Below are positions 16,001 through 20,000 of a stretch of DNA of 20,000 bases, piece after piece; the first letter of the stretch is position 1, and the number at the start of each line of letters is the position of its first letter. The translations under genes were made by a program, and so were the position numbers. The notes beneath the pieces are model-generated. The model did not search any database and had not been told where the DNA came from. It saw only the letters and a list, made by a program, of their open reading frames with translations. This DNA is from Candidatus Limnocylindrales bacterium (GTDB taxonomy: Bacteria > Moduliflexota > Moduliflexia > Moduliflexales > JAUQPW01), in NCBI GenBank assembly GCA_035559535.1, contig DATMBG010000022.1, positions 172,568-192,567 on the forward strand, in the 5' to 3' direction.

Positions 16001-17764
16001 CTTGGTTTCTGTAGTGGCTTGCTCAAGTTTCCTCTGTAGTAATGAAATGGCTTTATCATGCTGACCAGCGCTCTGATAGAAATTAATCAGCATATTATCT
16101 ACAGATTGCTGGTTAGAAATCCGACTTCGGTTCCTTTCCAAAACCCGAACAGCCTCGTCTGAGCGTCCAAGTTGAACCAGCAACGCGGCCAAGTCTTTGA
16201 CGGCACTTTCGACATTATCCCCTTGCTTGATAGCATCACGAAGCAACTGAACTGCTCGTTCTAGGTCTTTCTCGACCAACTGCACACGTTTAGCCCGCGC
16301 ATAGGGATTTGACCCTCTAGGGACACCGATAACTCTGGCATACTCACGCCACTTGTCGTATGCCTCTTGTGCCGATGGATAGTTTGAATTGGCCTCCAAA
16401 ACTCTTTTTACAAGGGCAATTGCTTTAGAGTAATCACCATCACTGGCATACTCAGTAGCCCTTGCAAACATCTGGTCGAGAGTGCGATGGAGTGTAACCC
16501 TAATAGCGATGGGACCCTTCGGCCCCTGGCTGGGTTCAAAAGTTACCGATATCCGTTTGCCAACTGAGAAATCGCGAAGTTGTTCAAGTAGGTCATCGTC
16601 GGATACTGCAGTGATATGGAAAAAGTAAGTTTCGCCATCGTTATCTTTCAAGAAGCCGAAACTGCGCTCTGGCTTGTAAGAGTAAATGAAGCCTTGCGGG
16701 TTGTCCGGAACTGCTTTTGCAGATTGGGTGGTTTTTGCTTCAACGAACTCTGAAATCACCTTTTGATATGTTTCGTCCGGCTGCCCTTGGAGACGTACAA
16801 AAGCATCCGGTATCAAATCTTGAGGCGCTCCCCCTTTTATCCAGCGTTGGACGATATCTGTGGCAAAAGGCTTGTTTCCACTGGCAAGAAGCAGGTAAAT
16901 ACCTGTTTCCAATAATAGCTCGATTTCTTTCTCTGAAACACTCGTAGATCTTCTCTGGGCTATATCTCTAATAGTTGGGTAGTTAGAGAACTTCTTGATC
17001 AAGCCAATGTAGACATACCAGGCGTGTAATACCTCTACGTTAGGAATTATTTGGAAGAAACGCCCAAAACCGTAACAAGCCAGACCATCTTGTCCACTTG
17101 TTAAAGCCTTTGTTGCCAAGTTATACCAGTCCCAAGCATTATCGGAGATAGATGCAGCAGTCTTATATAAATTCAAGGACTCTTGATAGTTTCCTAAAAG
17201 ATGATGAAAATAGGCCAAATGCCGCTTTATCGAAGCAGAATGCGGAAATTGCTCTGAAAGGGAAGCGAGTTCATGTACTAAGGGTTGGATTCTTCCGAAC
17301 TTTGCACTTAGTTCATTGATTTTCTCTGCGTACTGATATTTATCCTTGACTCGGTTCCAAACTGTCAGTGCGCCAGCATTGTGCTTGCCTTTAATTTCAT
17401 TCGCTGGGAAGACAAAATCTGGTGCTTTTATTTGTACGGAAGAAACCTGTTGTCGAGCCTGAAAACGCGCTTCGATTTCTAATAGTTTCTTGATGGCTTC
17501 TTGATCAACAGGCTCTGTAGATATGCGCACAGGCGCTGGCTTTAACCTTAAAGTTTGTTGAGGGGATTCAGATTCAGCGCCCTTGAGAACACGCCAGGTG
17601 CTTATCACTTCCGTCAAAATAGTTACCAACTCTCCGGCACTATCTAAAGTGACATGATCGCGTCCGATCTCTATTAGGACTCCGCTTATCTCACGACCGT
17701 CTTTGAGACTAAAGATTACTGTGCTACCTATTGAAATTTGGCGTTGAATTATTTGTGAAAGCAT
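13100..17764 (-). CDS. Giant multidomain protein: Sm/Hfq-like, TPR, cold-shock (OB) domain, TPR/helical, Ig-like, STAND-like ATPase, winged helix
   Basis: aa ~10-60 GSTVIFSLKDGREISGVLIEIGRDHVTL (Sm1-like). aa ~358-424 GFIYSYKPERSFGFLK..GETYFFHIT...VTFEPSQGPKGPIA (CSD RNP1/RNP2). Multiple TPRs at aa ~140-240 and ~430-670. Beta-sandwich at aa ~1040-1150. NPY..G....FYGR, Walker A GQKRAGKSS (aa ~1205), Walker B LLIDEF, GSPFY. ATG at 17764, or TTG at 17767. Confidence 0.85.
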   Translation of the reverse strand: MLSQIIQRQISIGSTVIFSLKDGREISGVLIEIGRDHVTLDSAGELVTILTEVISTWRVLKGAESESPQQTLRLKPAPVRISTEPVDQEAIKKLLEIEARFQARQQVSSVQIKAPDFVFPANEIKGKHNAGALTVWNRVKDKYQYAEKINELSAKFGRIQPLVHELASLSEQFPHSASIKRHLAYFHHLLGNYQESLNLYKTAASISDNAWDWYNLATKALTSGQDGLACYGFGRFFQIIPNVEVLHAWYVYIGLIKKFSNYPTIRDIAQRRSTSVSEKEIELLLETGIYLLLASGNKPFATDIVQRWIKGGAPQDLIPDAFVRLQGQPDETYQKVISEFVEAKTTQSAKAVPDNPQGFIYSYKPERSFGFLKDNDGETYFFHITAVSDDDLLEQLRDFSVGKRISVTFEPSQGPKGPIAIRVTLHRTLDQMFARATEYASDGDYSKAIALVKRVLEANSNYPSAQEAYDKWREYARVIGVPRGSNPYARAKRVQLVEKDLERAVQLLRDAIKQGDNVESAVKDLAALLVQLGRSDEAVRVLERNRSRISNQQSVDNMLINFYQSAGQHDKAISLLQRKLEQATTETKKAQILWQIAIGYLRKEDYALAEQTFRQVLRSQPDNRTAQRNIALCLFKQGRYKEAEQILNRILKTAPDAQAVELLEAIKQAQAGQMLPINEIIVETALSDVSREISGFARFFLERCDYQGVRADHIQSRNFDRNDIFTLEQLATRSRTIRPRERAGYYLSAAKIASLLEDEDPNQFYKYLCRSFASSGDAIVVENRPLDAAREFYCESLSAYDGDRSQGIEQDAVNALVRFLFSTMGPAQIPIKPSIPSIDETLEYVLTHHPDRNKVFEAIAYLVFRSRYAASRLLNRLYDKSSLQAMALEYLRASGISVGPVKKLDDFVKLWNELVRKKLDEQRSLLNELRALAQVELTAASLEHGIERVKAIAENLFFDLDRQRAIQIQKVLETALDLCVQTVFEEKERLCIQIENRCQDLLREIEASSTKISVEEMYPLVKSIQEKTKVYLEQLYETSTPQLTLRLPIETCTPDNDRSIEVQVVVSNRTGCSPAEALELVVQEYEDTFSVRLDGSLRGGEQRILRVPIQLSEEALSAQAFSLPIHARYRTRSGEIQQTPAANFSIRLSSEQDFEEIENPYAPYAEGGIVGEPTMFYGRDDLIANVAKALETSRSQSKCVVIYGQKRAGKSSILYHLKKRLETKDDLLVLNIGNIGAILDEHSKVPFLYQILWTILKALRDAIEDKVSQGKNPPGISFPADLEFYQHPSPLVLFRDIFESFRRATTNLPDWQGMRVILLIDEFSYIYGYIMNEFIPESFMKNWKALLQDNFFNAVLVGQDVMPKFKQRFPNEFGTTQDERVTYLRREDAMRLIDEPIRIGGRFGESRYRERAIERILELTAGSPFYIQILCNRLVEYMNRKRASLVTEADVEQVKDELIRGVNALGKDKFDNLINSGDTSPDAISDKDVLKVLTSIAENSRTGPCGRSNIACETKTPADEILEDLVRRDVIERERGQYYSIRVGLFREWLLAHR

Positions 17765-17802
17765 CAAAATTACCTGATCATCAGTTTGGTATCTCCAACA
17801 TT

Positions 17803-17866
17803 CCTTAACCTGTTGCCGCCCCGCGAAGCGCAGCGGAGCGGCGTCGGCTGCAAGCGCTAATTAGCC
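17803..17866 (-). mobile_element. Damaged integron attC site closing the toxin-antitoxin cassette
   Basis: Minus strand: GGCTAAT(R'', AAC changed to AAT)-TAGCG-CTTGCAGC(L'')-CGACGCCGCTCCGCTGCGCTTCGCGGGGCGGC, then L' missing and a candidate GTTAAGG. Lies 16 bp after the vapC stop. Extended R'' GCTGGCTAA is the reverse complement of the cassette's start TTAGCCAGC. Confidence 0.8.
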
Positions 17867-17882
17867 AGCGTATCTTGTCTTT

Positions 17883-18269
17883 TCACCACAAGCGCGTAAT
17901 TTCATAGGCATCAAATACCGCATCACTGCTTACAAGGGACATCTGTTCGATTTGAGCCTGTGCTACCAGAAGACGATCGAAGGGATCACGATGATGGAAA
18001 GGTAAGGCCGCCACCTTCGCTGTATGGCTAATCATAATATCAAGTAGCCCGATACGATTCAGACTCGGTTGGTGCGGGATGAACGTCTTAAAAGATTGTG
18101 CCAATTGTAACCGGCCAAGACTGATCTTGATGGCCATTTCCCACAGACTGGCAACGCTGAGATAAACGTCGTTGGTCAGATCTTCAATCAATGTCCGCGC
18201 AGTGGGACTGAGACGCTCATCTCCACCGATAAACCCCAAGAAAGTGTGCGTATCGAGGAGCAGTTTCAT
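17883..18269 (-). CDS. vapC: VapC-family PIN-domain toxin
   Basis: LLLDTH, SVASLWEMAIK, HRDPFDRLLVAQA, LVSSD; start overlaps the antitoxin stop (ATGA). Confidence 0.93.
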   Translation of the reverse strand: MKLLLDTHTFLGFIGGDERLSPTARTLIEDLTNDVYLSVASLWEMAIKISLGRLQLAQSFKTFIPHQPSLNRIGLLDIMISHTAKVAALPFHHRDPFDRLLVAQAQIEQMSLVSSDAVFDAYEITRLW

Positions 18270-18490
18270 GGCATATAGGTATTAAAGTCAGGGAGAGGTG
18301 CGTCAAAGTTGTCTGCCATGACAATCAGCCCTTTCGCGCTCCCAAATTGGCGACGGGCGACAGAGGCCACAGGCACCAGTTGTACGGCTTCTTGAAGATC
18401 TTTGACGATCAACACCGTTTCCCCTTTCAGTACCGCATTAATCAACTCGAACAAACGGTCCTTGGCTTCTTCTAAATTGACTTGAAGCAT
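18266..18490 (-). CDS. Phd/YefM-type antitoxin
   Basis: VNLEEAKDRLFELINAVLKGETVLI...LVP N-terminus and RQFGSAKG.I.M..NFDAPL.DF C-terminus; RBS GGAGGA; directly upstream of vapC. Confidence 0.9.
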   Translation of the reverse strand: MLQVNLEEAKDRLFELINAVLKGETVLIVKDLQEAVQLVPVASVARRQFGSAKGLIVMADNFDAPLPDFNTYMP

Positions 18491-18538
18491 TTTGTCCTCC
18501 TTTCCGCGTTCTCACTCTGCATTGTGCCACCTTGTGCT

Positions 18539-18586
18539 GGCTAACGGTCTGTGTTTCGCGGCGTCAGGTGCAAGCACGTATTAACC
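18539..18586 (-). mobile_element. Internally deleted integron attC site (48 bp)
   Basis: Minus strand: GGTTAAT(R'')-ACGTG-CTTGCACC(L'')-TGACGCCGC-[deletion]-GAAACACAGACC-GTTAGCC(R'). Shares GCTTGCACCTGACG with the attC at 11209-11285. Confidence 0.82.
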
Positions 18587-18669
18587 TGCGTTCTTTGTGA
18601 AAGACTAAATTCTTGCATAATAAGGTATATGCTTTGGTTCTGCGTTTTTATCGCCTGTTACAATCTTCC

Positions 18670-19020
18670 TGAGAATATAAGGTGGCTCAGAACCACCTTG
18701 ACCTCTTCGCACGTCAGGACAATGGGCAAGCGCTTTGGCTTCCGGACGCAAATTACTGACCAAGATCGCCGATGTCACGTCCCAGAAAGGCGCTGACTCG
18801 TTCCTTCAGGGCTAACTGAGAGAAAAGCATTGATTTCCGGCTCGCCCATCTCCGCTGGATGGTGCTTGTTGTGAAAGAAGATGAACCGCTTGATCCATAT
18901 CACATAGACATCTTCAGTTTGTGGGCTGTAATGACGGGCGTGAAGCACCTGACGGACTTGATCCAGAGGCTTTGGCTTGGTAGCGCCAGCACCACTTCCC
19001 ACCAGACCCTTGTTATCCAT
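18670..19020 (-). pseudogene. intI: Integron integrase pseudogene (N-terminal SAM-like domain and linker only)
   Basis: KPKPLDQVRQVLHARHYSPQTEDVYVIWIKRFIFFHNKHHPAEMGEPEINAFLS, then via frameshifts and deletions LALKERVSA / LGRDIGDLGQ / VRKPKRLPIVLTCEEVKVVLSHL. The usual STQNQALSALLFLY segment and the whole catalytic domain are missing. Confidence 0.92.
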
Positions 19021-19120
19021 CGCCCTATCAAGCGGGACGCTTAACCTAACTTATCATAACAAAACAAGCGAATTACTCGGTCAGAATTGGCAGGGAGGGC
19101 CTTTGCAGCCACATAACCGA

Positions 19121-20000
19121 TTATTTTGGCCAGGGATGCCGGGCTATTTCCTTCTCATTAAGATCCGTTCCCCATCCGGGTTTCTGGGGGATTTTAAGAT
19201 AGCCATTCTGGATCACTGGAGGGTCTGTGACGATCTCATCTTTCCAGGGAACATCATCGACATCTGTTTCCATGATGCGCACGTTAGGGACACAGGCACA
19301 GAGATGCGCACTCATCAAGGTGGAAAGGTGGCTGTAGTAGTTATGGGGTGCAATATTGATTTCATAGGTCTCGGCCAGGTCCGCTATCTTCTTTGACTGG
19401 GTAAATCCATTCCAGGGCACATCGATCATGGCAATATCCATGGCATGTTTATCGAAAAAGGGCCGGTAGCCTCGTAATGTGTAAAGATTTTCGCCTGAAC
19501 AGATACGGGTGGTCGTGGATTGTTTGACCTGAAGGAGGGCGTCGGGATCATAAGTATCCACTTCCAACCATAAAAGGTTAAAAGGTTCTACGGCTTTCGC
19601 AATACGTATATTTCCTTCCGTTTTAAAATTGAAGTTCAAATCCAGGCAGATATCCACCTCTTCACCTACCGCCTGTCGAAGGGTTCCGATTAAGTTTTCA
19701 ATGTCCCGCAGGATGGTATGCGTAATATTTTGGTCGGTAGTTCCATATCCACCACCGAATCCTTGCCAGACGACACGGGGAGGATCTCCAGGGGTTATAA
19801 TGTTGGTTTTGAGCGCGGTAAACCCTCGACTTACAACTTCCCGTCCGAGGTTTGCAATATCCTCCAGGGAACGTAAAGGTGGGGTCCCCAGGATCTGGGG
19901 GTACATGGCCCGATAAGTCCCACAGTGGGACCAATACAACCGGACCTGGTCTCGAGTAGGTCCACCAAATAATTCATAAACAGGAATCCCTAATGCTTTG
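19121..20000 (-). CDS. Mandelate racemase/enolase-superfamily acid-sugar dehydratase (DgoD-like), 5'-truncated
   Basis: Frame is open to the window edge (KALGIPVYELFGGPTRDQVRLYWSH); metal ligands in LDLN, WLE, SGEN; APHN; PQKPGWG. Confidence 0.9.
   Translation of the reverse strand, partial: KALGIPVYELFGGPTRDQVRLYWSHCGTYRAMYPQILGTPPLRSLEDIANLGREVVSRGFTALKTNIITPGDPPRVVWQGFGGGYGTTDQNITHTILRDIENLIGTLRQAVGEEVDICLDLNFNFKTEGNIRIAKAVEPFNLLWLEVDTYDPDALLQVKQSTTTRICSGENLYTLRGYRPFFDKHAMDIAMIDVPWNGFTQSKKIADLAETYEINIAPHNYYSHLSTLMSAHLCACVPNVRIMETDVDDVPWKDEIVTDPPVIQNGYLKIPQKPGWGTDLNEKEIARHPWPK

Larger units (their letters stand above)
10980..19020 (-). mobile_element. Decayed chromosomal integron with cassette array
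   Basis: intI remnant, three co-oriented attC sites and co-oriented cargo genes, inserted between housekeeping genes. Confidence 0.85.

Noticed and set aside
11718-16947. Short alternative-frame and antisense ORFs inside the two ATPase genes, including 13081..13278
   Set aside because: All overlap long motif-bearing ORFs and show no RBS or domain evidence.
11598-17764. Assignment to Avs/AVAST, NACHT, retron or CRISPR-associated systems
   Set aside because: The domain order (sensor N-terminal, ATPase C-terminal, effector on a second ATPase) differs from Avs. No RT, cas gene or CRISPR array is present in the window.
18551-18796. Plus-strand 81-aa ORF, and also 18859..19044 and 18977..19396
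   Set aside because: Antisense shadows of attC, the intI remnant and the enolase-family gene, with no recognisable motifs.
19040-19065. GTTATGATAAGTTAGGTTAAG (minus strand) upstream of intI as a possible attI
   Set aside because: It has GTT cores but no recognisable L box or direct repeats, and it is on the wrong side for a co-oriented integrase. attI cannot be called by eye.

Overview
Bacterial chromosomal window with two parts. Bases 1-10.9 kb and 19.1-20 kb are housekeeping DNA: a five-gene MglA/MglB small-GTPase operon with a HAMP-only membrane protein and a second roadblock protein, hisI-hinT, a secreted hypothetical protein, ctpA, a YibQ-like deacetylase, a GT4 glycosyltransferase, a CE4 deacetylase and an enolase-superfamily gene, with REP-like and short tandem repeats in between. 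Bases ~10.98-19.02 kb (minus strand) are a decayed integron: a broken intI pseudogene oriented toward its array, three damaged attC sites, an intact Phd/VapC toxin-antitoxin cassette and a frameshifted DUF433 cassette. Between two attC sites sits an intact 6.2-kb two-gene unit: a 1555-aa Sm-like/TPR/cold-shock/TPR/Ig-like/STAND-type ATPase protein and a 497-aa STAND-type ATPase fused to a Swt1-like HEPN RNase domain. This pair is the best candidate for an undescribed, probably RNA-sensing and RNA-cleaving anti-phage system. All domain calls come from motif recognition by eye, not database searches.
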